Assembly: GCF_037042905.1 (NCBI RefSeq)
Contig: NC_087251.1
Coordinates: forward strand, 27,218,001 to 27,282,000
DNA from: Lytechinus pictus
Taxonomy: Eukaryota
Direction: 5' to 3'
DNA length: 64,000 bases
The position numbers were made by a program, and so were the translations under genes. This document shows, in pieces, positions 50,999 through 63,573 of the stretch (position 1 is the stretch's first letter; every line of letters starts with the position of its first letter). The notes below the pieces were generated by a model, which was not told the DNA's origin, ran no database searches, and saw only the letters and a program-made list of their open reading frames with translations.

Positions 50999-51132
50999 AA
51001 TTAGAAAGTCAAAAGGGGGCTAAGCTTTCGATCCTAGCAGAATCTTCGTCGGGGGCAAAATGACCTGGAGGACTAACTTTGACGAAGATTCTGCTAGGAT
51101 CGAAAGCTTAGGCCCCTTTTGACTTTCTAATT
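50999..51132. repeat. 52-bp near-perfect inverted repeat, Penelope pseudo-LTR-like, with a degenerate hammerhead core
   Basis: Arms 50999-51050 and 51081-51132 differ at one position and are separated by a 30-nt spacer. Each arm carries nnGACGA-A-GATTCT-GCT-AGGATC-GAAA-GCTTA. Confidence 0.7.
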
Positions 51133-51239
51133 TACTCCATTGGCTCTCTTTTATTAGATAAGCAGTTTTCAGCAGCTTCTTTTTGCCATAATAAATAATT
51201 GTCAAATGACTGTCCCATATCTTTCCTGAAGAACCAATA

Positions 51240-51830
51240 ATTGTCACATGGCTCACTCTCCTCAGGGATCTATGAATGTCACATAGACTGTCCTCGGCAA
51301 TCAATGCATGTCACATAACTTTCCTAACAAATCAATGTATGTTACATGACTGTTCTCAGAAATCAATCAATGTCACATGACAGTATTTTAGAATTGACAT
51401 ACAGTATGTCACTTGACTTTTTCCTTAATGTCAGTCACATGACTGTCTTCAGGAATCTACATATGTCGCATGACTTTCCCTAGCAATCACATGACTTTCC
51501 TCTAAACTCAACATATGTCACATGACTGTAATCAGAATAAGGAATCAACACATGTTATCCTTAGCAATCACATAACTGTACTATTGAATCAGTGTACGTC
51601 AAATGACAGTCTTTTGGAATCAACTAATGCCAAATAACTGTCTTTCGGAATCAACAAATGTCATATGCCTATCTTCGGGAATCAATCAATGTCGCAGGAC
51701 TGTCTTGAGGAATCAACAATGCCACACGACTGTCTTCGGGAATCAATGAATGTCGCACAACTGTCCTGAGCAATCGAGGCCTATCACATGACTACTCCTG
51801 GATGTACGATGATGATTTCATGACTGTCAA
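51240..51830. repeat. Degenerate ~30-bp tandem repeat in the ZNF106-like 3' UTR
   Basis: Approximate unit TGTCACATGACTGTCTTCGGAATCAATCAA, repeated over ~590 bp immediately after the stop codon. Confidence 0.8.
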
Positions 51831-51851
51831 AGGTAGTCCTCTAGGATACAT

Positions 51852-54800
51852 CTACATTCCACCCTTTTTAAGGTCCTTCAGGTGGGAAAACACATGCTGT
51901 TCAATGGCCTGCAAAGATAAAGAAGAAAACAAATTGTACATTTATCTTCAGAAAAAACATGGTACTGTCAAACTTTCAATTTAATAGTGATATAAGCAAG
52001 CAACATTGGATTCATAATATTATTTTCATTGTTATGTTTTAATCAATAAAGTATTACATAATAGTGTGTAATACACAAGTCTTCAGTTATTGTTTTTTTA
52101 GGTCATAAAGAAATACTTGTTTAGAAAACACAGATTAACTGAAAGGCCAATTTCACTGGAGAAAATGTTGTTTTGAAAGAATAATAATAATGAATATAAA
52201 GCAAAAATTTAATGATGCACAGGACAGTAACAGAATTTTTGAATATTTACTTAGTTTCACAAACTATTATGAATGCATAACACATGCAATAAAGAAATAA
52301 AGGAGTCAATTATGTCAAGCACTTTTATAGATTCCATCATTAAAAAAAAATGTAATTTCCATTGAAGATCAAACCTTTTTTACATTACTGGAAACAAACA
52401 TTTTGATATTTTAAATTTCATAATTATCTGGAATATCTATTATTAACTTAAAAAATTAAAGAGACAAATCAAAATAATTGTTTACCTTGACAGTGGTATT
52501 ATTATGTGGGTAGTTCTTGAGACAAGACTTCCAGAGGCATTGCCGAGCTGATCGCCGTATGTGGATAAACTGAAGATGGGTCTTGAGGGCGTCCAGACGC
52601 AAGAAACGACTTATGCAGTGACTCCACTGATGGGAATAAATATCAAATGTTTTCTGGAGTTAAGATGATTTGCTATTGCATGTGGAGAGGTGGGGGGGGG
52701 GGGAGGGCTCCAATAATGGAAATAAACATTAGAGCATTTTAGTTATGATAATGAAATATGCTAAAGTAGGTGTTTAGGAGTCCAGTGTCCCATAACACAA
52801 AGGTTAGTGTTTATTTGTACACTTGATATTCACGATTAACTGAACATTCAATTGATAGTAAAAAATGTTCTAAGATGATTGCTAGCCTTGTGTTACAGAT
52901 GCAGAGAAAAAAAATGATTCAGTGACCCCACTCATGGGAATAAATGTATTTTTTAATCATAAAATGAAATAAGCTAAAGTAGGATCTTTAGAGCATCCAA
53001 ATGCAGGAACAATTGATGTGGTGATATCATTGGGGAAAAAGTATTGAATTATATTCTTTGGTTATTCGTGATTAATACCTCGGTCACATTTGCTCTACGG
53101 CGACCATACAGCGAGCCGAAAACAGCCGTTTTATTAATTTTTATTCAAACCCCACTATATGTAGCTGGTACTAAAAATTTTGTAACGGCTGTTTTCAAAT
53201 TGCCATAGAGCAAGTGTGACCGAGGTATAAGATGACACCTGTTCTAGGAACGATTGCTATTCTATTCAGTGCAGAAAAGAATTTGTAACAAATGTCAGAG
53301 ATGCTGCAGTATGGCGTGTCAAGAGAAGGATAGGGTTGAATATCTTGGCACTTGACATAAAAGAGGCCTCTACACCACTTCAATTGCACAAAGTCAATGC
53401 AAAGACAATTGCACACATTTTGTTTCTTGTAATAATGTTAGGCATAATTCTACTCAATTAAAAAATCTGGCTTGGAAATATTAAATTACCCAAAATGTTG
53501 ACCCTCTGTCACGACTTTGAGCAAATTAAAGAGATCTAACAAAATGAAGATATTAATTACCTCACAGGGGTAGATGGTTGAAGGGTAGAGAGGAATGACA
53601 TCGATGAACCCATCTTGGATCCCAAGAAACACCTGTCAATCAGATACAACATCATATCGAAATCGTTATGGAAAACATGGATTGGTCGGAATACAGAACA
53701 TTGATTTAGAGGAGATATTGGACAAAGTCAAGGAGAGTACGATCGTAGTTTAAAATATAAATTAAAACTTTTAGACTAAAGACTGGTGGACTGAGTGTGT
53801 CAATATATTTTCATATGCAGTATGATAAATTGGTCCGTACTGAAAAGCAGTGAACTGAACAAGTGAGTTTGGATTGTAATTAGCCTGGGACAAATATTAA
53901 GCCATGGGGCCGTTTTATAAAACTTGTTATAGCAACAAATTTGCAATAACAATTCAAAGGTAAGCTACTGAAATAATTCGATTTGATTGGCTGATAGTAA
54001 ACTTGTTATAGAAATTGTCCATTTTGAAATTATTAAAAGTTTTTATGAAGAAAACCCAGGAATTAATATTTAGGAATAATAAGGTTCTCAATTAGAGAAT
54101 CATACCGCAGGTGGTCTAATAGTCATATTAACTTTGCTCTCTATATATTGTCTAATTTTTGTTTGAACCATTTCTAATATGTCTAATCAGCAAGCTTTGT
54201 AGTGTTCGACAAAGTGTATATGAAGTTTGATGAGACCAAGTGGGCATAACACAAAGTGATTTCAGGGGCTTGTTAAATCTAATTTTTTTGAGTTATATGT
54301 AATCCCAACTCTTTCAGCAACTGGCCCCCAAACAAAAAGCAATTAATTGTCTGATTACATAAGACTGCTCATTAAATGTCATGTGCACATTGTTGCTTAA
54401 GCATGACTTATAGTCAGAATGAACTCATTGAGAAACAGCCTCCTGAGTGTGTAACTCACCATATCTTGAGAAGCAGTCATACAAGTTATAGTCCCACAAC
54501 CACTGTCAAAGATGTCTACCTCATCAGTCTGTGCAGGAGAGAAATGATATCTGTAATGCTAGATCAAATTGTCACCATCAATGCTGCTTTTGAAATAATA
54601 GCATGGAATTGAAGACATCCCAACACTTCTGATTATAAGTTCTTGGGATGATTTTGCTTCAACAAAAAGGAAAGAAATTGCATTTCCCATAGGAGTGCAC
54701 AGTAATTCTATCAAATAAATTGGGAAAAACTGTCCAGACCTCTCAATGTTAAAAATGTGGATTCCTTTCTCATACGTCAGAATGGTTGAGTGCTGAAATT

Positions 54801-57800
54801 GCTTATTAACCTTGGTTATCAATAATCGGGCTTCCACGTTTCCATTGAATGTAATCTAGCTATTTTGGTAGCTCTGACATTTTTGGCCTCCTCCCCTCCA
54901 ACAACAATTTGATATTGAACCAGGGAAAAAATAACACTTTTACATCCGAAATGCTTCAAATAGCCATGGAAAATAAAAGAGCATTGGAAATCCCCATTCA
55001 TTGTTAATACTTATCCAATGTTGCAGATTTACGCAGTAGGTGTGAAAATAGCCCCCCTCCCCCCGTCTATCTGTTTTGTGGGATCAAGGAATTCAAATTA
55101 CCATTATTTTGTAGTAGTAGACATTGCCAGTATAACCAGCTACTGCTAGAGTGTCTCCTGACATGACACAACATGCGATCTTCGTTTGATGCTTGATACG
55201 ATGAATGACATCTCCAGTCTGTTAAAAGATAATTGAAAAGATGACTCAATTTTTCATACACAAATAAAAGAAATATTCAAAAGTTAGAGAATACGGTGCA
55301 ATGTACTACATACATGATATTCAATGAGCAGGACCGGTTTAAACCTATTGTAATGACTTGCAATGATAATAGGTTTGACTATGTAAAACATAAGAAGGTA
55401 AGATGAGGTACCAGCTTACCAAAAGCTCTCGAAAACGAGCGGGACTAACAGGACCAACCTAAGCCTCCTGTCCCAAGAAGTATTGGAGCAACATTGGACA
55501 AATCAGGACAGGACCCCATCCCCTTAAAAAAACAGAAAAAAGGCAGAGAGAGACTAGGACAGAAGCTGGACTTGACCAAAGCCTATGAACAAAATCAAGA
55601 CTGAACCAAAGCAGGACCAGGCCCATGTCTAATGACCAAAGCTGGACTGAACCTCAGCCAATGGACCAAAGCAGAACTAGACCCAAGCCTATGAAGAAAA
55701 CCAAAACTGGACCAAAGCAGGACTAGGCCCAACTCAATGAACTAAAGCAGGACCGAAAGGCCAAAGGAGCAAAACAGAACTGGACCAAAGCAGGACTTGG
55801 TTTGAAAAAAATGGACTAAAGTAGAACTGGGCCTAAGCAAGATTATGGGAAAGCATATCACTGAGATATGATGGTAGAACCCTGAGAGATTGGAAAGCTT
55901 TCAATAAAAAGAGGAAATCCACCGGATGGAGCTAAATCTCATGATAATGAAGCTAATCATGAATATGTAACAACATTCAACAAAATCTACAGTACATCCC
56001 TAAAGAAGAGCAGATGAGAACAGGAAAATAGTGCTAACTTATTTCCTGTTTCTCTTCAGTTATTCATCTCTTATTCCATCCTTCGATGGCAGCAAGGAAT
56101 ATCAATATTTCATTTCCCAAATGATTAACCCTTAATGACCTACCCTGTCTGAGTCAGCTTCAACTGAAAAAAAGAGCGAGAGTTTGAAGCACTATGGCTC
56201 ACAGAATAATCCAGTCAACTGCACTGAGCTTCATCACATCTATTATATTGAGACAATTTGCCAATGCACACAGCACCCTCTCATAGTTAAAGAAGATTAA
56301 TCAATAAGATAATCAAACTTATAGATAAAGAAGATTAATCACAAAAGTAATCAAACTTACATCCAGGTCATGAATGAAAATGGTATTGTTCCTTGCCTTA
56401 CTCAACACACGGGATCCCAACACCTGGAGTAAAAAAAGACAACAAAGTCAGAGAAAAATTTGTTAGAGCTTAGCCAATCTATAATTTGACCACACTCAAG
56501 AAGTTCAATATAGATGTCAACTGTAACAAGAATATAATTGATTCTGTGGCATGCAATTATAAATTTCATACACTATTTCAAGTGTGTATTAGAGTGTTCT
56601 GTTTTTTTTGGATTTGTTTCATAGTCAGGGTGTGAATCCTGATCTGAGATGATCTAAGCTTTGTGCATTGACATTACAATGAATGATCAGCAAATTAATC
56701 AACTGCACATAAAAGCTGATATTTCTATGGTCTGCATTTTAACTGAAAATTTGACGCTGATCAGCAGAAGCGAATGTATGTAATCCCTTGTGTAAACTAC
56801 ATAACTGCCCCAATTAGGAAAGCAATGCCTCTGTCTTGCTTTTGCTATAACTTGAAAAGATGTTAAAAATTTCTCAAGATTATTGACTATAGAGAGGCCA
56901 ACTACCTGAAAGTCAGTCACCACATCTATGTGTCCGTCCAGACTTCGGAGCAGTAGACCATCATTTGCTTGTCTGATGGACACGGTGCGATCCTCAGAAG
57001 CCGTTATGAGCAGTTTTATACCGCCCTCTAGTGTAGAAGCAATGGCGGTTACAGCAAATGTTGGCGTGCAGTCATAGTACCATGTTACCCTGGATTTCTG
57101 TTTGAGAGTGGGAAGGTACGAAGAGATGATCATTACGTAGCTTGGCAAAGAAGGTTGTATCAAAAGCAGACATGGATTAGACACAATAGTCTCGCTATGC
57201 CAAAATTGTGCAAAAAGAATATGGCCCTATAATGGTATTGTGTCTAATCAGGCTAGATCATCGCCTGATGGAAAATCAACAAGTCCCTGTCTACCAAAGA
57301 GTTGCAATTTCTCTGATTGATCTACAAGATTCCAATGACCTTAACATCTAGCATACATATGTCCATTCAAATTACATTCTAAATGTGATGTATATCTATA
57401 CATTAGGGGGATATTGTGTAAATTTCTTCTATTAACAAGTGGAATGCCTCTGGCCGTCTCACCTGCATCACGCGATTCAATATAGCAGCAGTGCTGATTT
57501 TGAAAACTACTATAACTCGCACAAGATGTTCAGTGATACTTGGTTACTCGTATTTCCACGTTTTATGAATTAGACCAATACACTTATAGAGATATGATGG
57601 CAATTCAACAAATACCCCCAACGTGGCCAAAGTTCTTTGACCTTACATGACCTTTGACCTTGATCATGTGACCTGAAACTCGCACAGGATGTTCAGTGAT
57701 ACTTGATTACTCTTATGTCCAAGTTTTATGAACTAGACCAACACACTTTCAAATTTATGGCTGTAATTCAACAAATACCCCAATTTGGCCAAAGTTCATT

Positions 57801-60800
57801 GACCCTAAATGACCTTTGACCTTGATCATGTGACCTGAAACTTGCACAGGATGTTCAGTAATACTTGATTACTATTATGTCCAAGTTTCATGAATCAGAT
57901 CCATAAACTTTCAAAGTTATGATGGTAATTCAACAGATACCCCCAATTCGGCCAAAGTTCATTGACCCTAAATGACCTTTGACCTTGGTCATGTGTCGTG
58001 AAACTCATGCAGGATGTTCAGTGATACTTGATTAACCTTATGTATAAGTTTCATGAACTAGGTCCATATATTTTCTAATTTATGATGACATTTCAAAAAC
58101 TTAACCTTAGGTTAAGATTTTGATGTTGATTCCCCCAACATGGTCTAAGTTCATTGACCCTAAATGACCTTTGACCTTGGTCATGTGACATGAAACTCAG
58201 GCAGGATATTCAGTAATACTTGATTAACCTTATGGCCAAGTTTCATGAACTAGGTCCATATACTTTCTAAGTTATGCTGTCATTTCAAAAACTTAACCTC
58301 AGGTTAAGATTTGGTGTTGACGCCGCCGCCGCCGCCGTCGCCGTCGGAAAAGCGGCGCCTATAGTCTCACTCTGCTATGCAGGTGAGACAAAAATGATAT
58401 TGATGGAATTTCATACTTGAGATTGAATCAATCATAACTCCTTGTAAAAAGACAGGGCCCTGGATTCAAAAGACAAGAAAAATGGTGTTGAATGTCAAAA
58501 TACATAAGAAAACAAACGTACTATCGTCTCACTCACACCTGTTTTTTTTTTAAAGTAATTTGACAATTTTGAAAGGTGTTTTGCGGTCGATGGCCGCAAT
58601 CTCGAGGGGGAGGAATCCCTCTCCCCCAACTCTGAGACGGGTCCAAATAACATGAATATTTTGTGATGCTCTTCCAAAGGCTCTTTGCAAAATACAATAC
58701 TCCTGGATCATACCTGTACATTGATGTTAGCAATTTCTCCATTAACCAGACCTGCATACAGGCTATTCCACTTCAAATGAAGGCAAGATACCTCTTTTTG
58801 AAGCACCATGGTCTGAAGAAATTCTTTACGCTGTAAACACAACATGAACAAAGAAATACACAAACACAAACAACTTTATTCTTGGCATAAATTGATATTT
58901 TCTTCACATGAATAGAAACTACACTGGTAATGGTATATCAAATGATGACATGTAGCCATCCAGAGAGCATTAAAATTACTTGTCTGCACCAAGTTGTAAA
59001 TACATAATCCTATCCACGGGTTTGATAATAACGTAACAGCTCTATGTTCCCAGGAGCCCAAACAAATACCACTGGTAACACATCTCAGCTAAAGACACCC
59101 TGCATATCATAACACTGAATAAGCTTTCTAGAGTCATGTGACCAGTGCTTCCAAACCATGGGTAACACAGCTGGGGAATAAAGATCAAGGAAGCGTTTCA
59201 TAAACCATCTTATCAATGACTTTTCACTGATATATTTGCTCTCAGCCAATTAGAATCATGTTATTCAAGAACTTATAACAATTTTCAAGCAATGAAAATC
59301 ACTGAAATTGTCCCAAATCGCTTCAGGTAACACTCCCAAAGAGGTTGCTTCCTATAAAGGACACATTTACATAAATAAGCTAATTTTGTTATCAATCATT
59401 TTTAGTTATTTCCAAAATTGACATTCCCACCAACAAACATGTTAAATGTCAAGTATATTTATGTTATTACCCGTTTGTAATTATAGGTAGTAAAGTCAAA
59501 TTTTGTAAAATATTGACCATGACTTTTAGCCCTTCATACTTCCGTGATAAAGCAAACATATGACAAGATGAACGCCCCTGGCAGTCTCACCTGCTTTATG
59601 ATCTAATATAGCAGAAGTATTGACTTTAAAAACATAGATAAATAAATTTTAACAAAACACAATTCATATAATAAAAAAAATACTAAGTTCGATGTCCTCA
59701 AATGACCACTGAACTTGATCATGTGACCTGAAAGTCATGCAAAGTGATCAGTGATACTTTTTTTTAGAGATATGTCTAAAGGCAACCGCACACCTTACGA
59801 TTGGTCTGCGACTCAATTTTGGAATAAAACGTAGTAGAATTTGATGCGAATATTGAGACTTGGAATATCTTACTGCGTAATGTTCGAAATCATTGTACGA
59901 ATACCTCTGTTCAAATCTGTGACTCTGCTACCATCCTTCTTAGAATAAAAGCAAATTTAATATCTAGTCGTAATGACGTCATAGCAGTCGTACGATTGAC
60001 TACGATTTGAAACGAATTTGGCCTTTCCTCCAAAATAAAGGCTTGCAATCTTTCAAAATGGTTATATTAGTATTCTTTCAATTAATTTTAACCTCAAATA
60101 AAATTTTCAGAAAAAGAGCAAAATGCGATTTGTTTCAAAATCGGATCGCGAACAGTCGTAAGGCGTGCGGTGGCCTTAAGATTCATGAAATGGATCAATT
60201 ACTTTCAAAGTTATAACATTTCAATTTTAACCATGGTTAAGATTTCAATGTTGATACAGTATGGTCAAAGTCCATTGATCCTAAATGACCTTTGACCTTG
60301 ATCATGAAACCTGTAACTCGTGCCAAATTGTCAGTGATGAAATAGATCCATATAATTTTTAAGTTATGATAATTAAAAAACTGACGTTGCCTCAGCTGTA
60401 GGAAAACCAGTGCCTATATTCTAACTCTGCTATGCAGGCAAAAAAAAAAAAAAAAACAGCTGTGTGAAAAAAATTTGATTCATTTTGACATTTGAAATAG
60501 CCTCTTAGTAACCTTCCCAGGGCCTTGTGGTGCCTCCCAAGCTACGGGTGACAGGTCTCTGCTACAGTGACCCAGGCAAAGACCACTGGGTTGATGACAA
60601 GCCCCCACACCCCGTCAAGGTGGACTACTTCATGTTCCTCATCAAATATAGAGAGATGGAGGGAGAGAGGGGGGTGGGTGGGCAGGGAGGGAAAGAGAAG
60701 GGAAGGGAGGGGGTGGTAAAGAAAGGGACAGATAGATGAAGGATAGAAGGAAGTAACGAGGAAGGAGTGATAGAGGACGTGGGAGGGAGGGAAAATAGCG

Positions 60801-63573
60801 AGGAAGGTGGGAGAAGAGAAGGGGAAGGATGGATGAATAGTGGGAGGGCACATGGGTAGATGGAGAAAAGAATAAAGAGTAAGGAGGAGGGAGAGAGGAT
60901 AACAGAATGAAGGGAGGGAAGAAGGGATGGATGGACTGGGGGAGGGAAAGTGAAGGAAGGAGTATGGGAAGGAGCAAGGAAGGGGAGGGAGTAAGGGACA
61001 GAAAAGGGAGTGAAGGAGGGAGGCATGGGAAAGCAGGAAGAAGGAAGGGACGGAGAATAGGAGGAAAGAAGGAAGGAGCGAATGAGGGAGAAAAGCATGA
61101 AAGACGCGATACATATATACAGAGGAACATTGTGGAGGTTTTTCTGGATCAATTACAAAACAGCTAAAACATTAACAAGTTTTACATGACTGATCATCCA
61201 TCAGCTTTTGCACAAGATTGTGAAATTTCTTGTTTCAAGATTAATGACCCCTAGTCTTCTGAACTAATAACTAATCTGGGTTTACAAGATTAATATGGCA
61301 AGTCTTGTGGTTCGTCCATTAGATGCCAGTGCCCTGTTGCATAAAACCAACATAGTGACTGCCATCCATGCCATCTTCCTTTGAAGCCTTAATTTGATTG
61401 GTTGTTTGGCAAATTTGCCATGGTAGCTAAAAGTAATGGCAGAGTTAGCATTAATTGTAGGTTTCATGCAACAGGGCCCGCTTCAATGCCTACCTGAACA
61501 TCAAACTGAACCAGGTTTCTGCTACCGTTACTGGCAAAAGCCACCATCTTGTTCGCAGTAGTGTCTCTCCACAGTTCAAAGTTCTTGATATTTTTCAGAG
61601 CGAGATCCTCTTCTGTATCAATCTTGTTGGTCTGATGGTATTCAATGCAAAAATATGGTTTTAATATCATTATAGTAGATGGTAAAGTAATGTGAGAAAT
61701 GGCTGGTAAAATCAATGATAGTCTCCTCTTACTTCCTTTTTCACAATTATCTACTAGGAGTGTGGGGAGGGTGATATTTGATAGCTTGACTTTCATTAGA
61801 AAAAAAATCAAGCATCAGTATAGATAACTGATCATTTCACAACTCATCAGAGCAATAAAAACTTGTATCAGAGTATGTGGTAAGTACATAGCAACTTGAG
61901 CAAGGTGGTAAGATACACGTGAAATATCAAGATGTGCCATTAAGAGTCTTATACATAAAGCCATTATTTCAGAAAAATATCTACATCAAATAATTAAAGT
62001 ACCCCCATTATCCTCTTTTGAAAAAAACAAAAAAACACCTTGATTCAAAAGTTATCAATTTTATGCCACATAATAGAGAATTTCTTGTAAATAAATGAAG
62101 TCGACTAGGAAGTGTATATCCCAAAATCTTTAATGCTGATTTTTTTTTCTCCAACAAATTCATGAAAATTCACACTAGATGAAAACGATAAAATACAATG
62201 CCACACATTCAAGGTGAATTATCTGACATTAGAGGAAATGAATTTATATGCTCCAATATAGTCTTCTTTGTAATAAAGTGTAACTTTTTGTAAAAATGTT
62301 ATATTTCAAGAGGTAAATACAAGATTTTTTTGAAAAAGACTTACTGCAAGGTTGAATATGATAAATCTGCTGTCAGAAATGCAGGCATAGAGTTTATCTG
62401 CAATGATGCACATGCTGATCACATAGCCTTTAGAACTAGGGCTTGAAGGCTTCTGTTCCTCTGGATTTCCATCTGCTGTCTGCAGTGTACCCGAGGTGTC
62501 TGGGATACTGTCCTTTGAACCTAACGCATCTGAAACACTTGTCACATTGCGCACTTGTGATAACAAGGTGTTGTTTGATCCTACAGGGTCTGACAAACTG
62601 ATTGCACTCTGCAGTTCACCAGGTTCTTGTACATTTCCAGGTAGAGTTGTGTCTTGCTGGTTGTTTTTGAGTCTCTTTGCTTGGGTATCTTCAGATATCT
62701 CGTTCAATCGCTTTCGCTTCGTGGTGTAGGGTTCAAAGTAGTCCTGCTTTTGGCAAATTTCGTCATTATCTGATGGTTCTTGCTTAATTGTCCTAACTGA
62801 ATTTTCTGATGATGTTACGTTATTGTGTGGTGATCTGAATTCAGATGTACTCTCTCTATTGTCTGCCGGAAATAGTGGTATTCTTTCTTTGTTGTTCCTA
62901 ACCTGACCACACTCTGCAAACATGTGATGTTGCTCAGAGGTGATATCAGAAAATGAGGACAGCTCCATGCTCTGAGTCACCCTGTCTGTGTCTGGGGACA
63001 TCAGCTTAGCAACTGCTCCAATCACATCGCTGCCTGAGAGTTGGGAATCTCCATGCATCAGCTGTTTGCAGTCAATTCCATAGAGAGTGTCTTCATCTGA
63101 GGACACGATGTTTACCTTGATGCCACCTCCACAGCTATTGAGCTCCTGCAGAGTCTTAGCAAGGCTCTCCCTGCTCATGACCTGTGGGACAACTTCGATG
63201 CTTTGGCCTGCAAGAGACTGCTGAGAACTTCCTATATCAATGCTCTGTTCATTCTGGTAGTGTCCCACATCCCCAAAGGTGTCCACTGTCCCTTGACTCT
63301 GATCTGACACATTCCTGGCGGGACTTCTTAACATTATCCTGAAGCCTTCACTAGGCGTTTCTTGAGCCACCGACATCACATTAGAAATCACGATATCACC
63401 CTCCCCTCCAGACTGCAATGCTTCACTGAGGACATCGCTTATTCCCGTCTCCTGGATGTCTGTCTGAAGACTGTTTGAGTGGCTTGATGAAGATGGACCA
63501 TTGTCAGTGTGGCTACTGCTACTTGAAGCCATGCTTGAAACTGATTTGCTAATCTTCTCACTTGAGGTCAGTC
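51852..63573 (-). CDS. ZNF106: ZNF106-like protein: Ser/acidic low-complexity region, WD40 propeller and C-terminal C2H2 zinc fingers
   Basis: Ten exons: 63573-62345, 61631-61494, 58830-58714, 57097-56906, 56423-56361, 55218-55102, 54528-54460, 53632-53561, 52626-52486 and 51908-51852 (TAG). The nine introns between them are all GT-AG phase 0. Peptides VSCLHLKWNSLYAGLVNG, AVTAIASTLEGGIKLLITASEDRTVSIRQANDGLLLRSLDGH and YPCEWSHC..F...DALKTHLQFIH...CLWKSC...HVFSH are collinear with the recalled human ZNF106 C-terminus. The start is either ATG 63532 or further upstream. Confidence 0.85.
53076..53228. mobile_element. MITE with TAA TSD (PIF/Harbinger-type)
   Basis: TAA|TACCTCGGTCACATTTGCTCTA ... 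TAGAGCAAGTGTGACCGAGGTA|TAA. Confidence 0.8.
55440..55840. repeat. Degenerate tandem repeat (core GGACCAAAGCAGGACT) in a ZNF106-like intron
   Basis: About ten recurrences of ACCAAAGC(A/T)G(G/A)AC with variable linkers. Confidence 0.75.
57283..58460. mobile_element. Harbinger-type MITE interrupted by a HINE
   Basis: GTCCCTGTCT..CAAAGAGTT (57283) and AACTCCTTG....AGACAGGGCCC (58460) flank the insertion. Confidence 0.55.
57434..58393 (-). mobile_element. Helentron-associated non-autonomous element (HINE/DINE-1/Tsp-like) with internal 162-192-bp tandem repeats
   Basis: 12-bp subterminal IR GTCTCACCTGCA (57456-57467) / TGCAGGTGAGAC (58378-58389), a partial IR GTCTCA at 58364, a (GCC)n microsatellite at 58321-58345, about 4.5 internal tandem units, and T-run termini on the minus strand. 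Confidence 0.78.
59563..60440 (-). mobile_element. Second, decayed HINE copy, itself interrupted by a MITE
   Basis: ACAAG..GAACGCCCCTGGCAGTCTCACCTGC start, CTAAATGACCTTTGACCTTGATCATG repeat unit, and TGCCTATA.TCT.ACTCTGCTATGCAGG end. Confidence 0.7.
59780..60176. mobile_element. MITE with TAA TSD (PIF/Harbinger-type) nested in the second HINE
   Basis: TAA|AGGCAACCGCACACCTTACGA ... TCGTAAGGCGTGCGGTGGCCT|TAA. Confidence 0.82.
60650..61100. repeat. GA-rich low-complexity tract
   Basis: Almost pure purines on the + strand. Confidence 0.9.

Noticed and set aside
51240-51830. CRISPR-like appearance of this array and of 55440-55840
   Set aside because: Degenerate contiguous units with no unique spacers, no cas genes and a eukaryotic context.
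60542-61167. 162-190-aa Pro/Ser/Leu/Phe ORFs
   Set aside because: Pyrimidine/purine low-complexity tract inside an intron.
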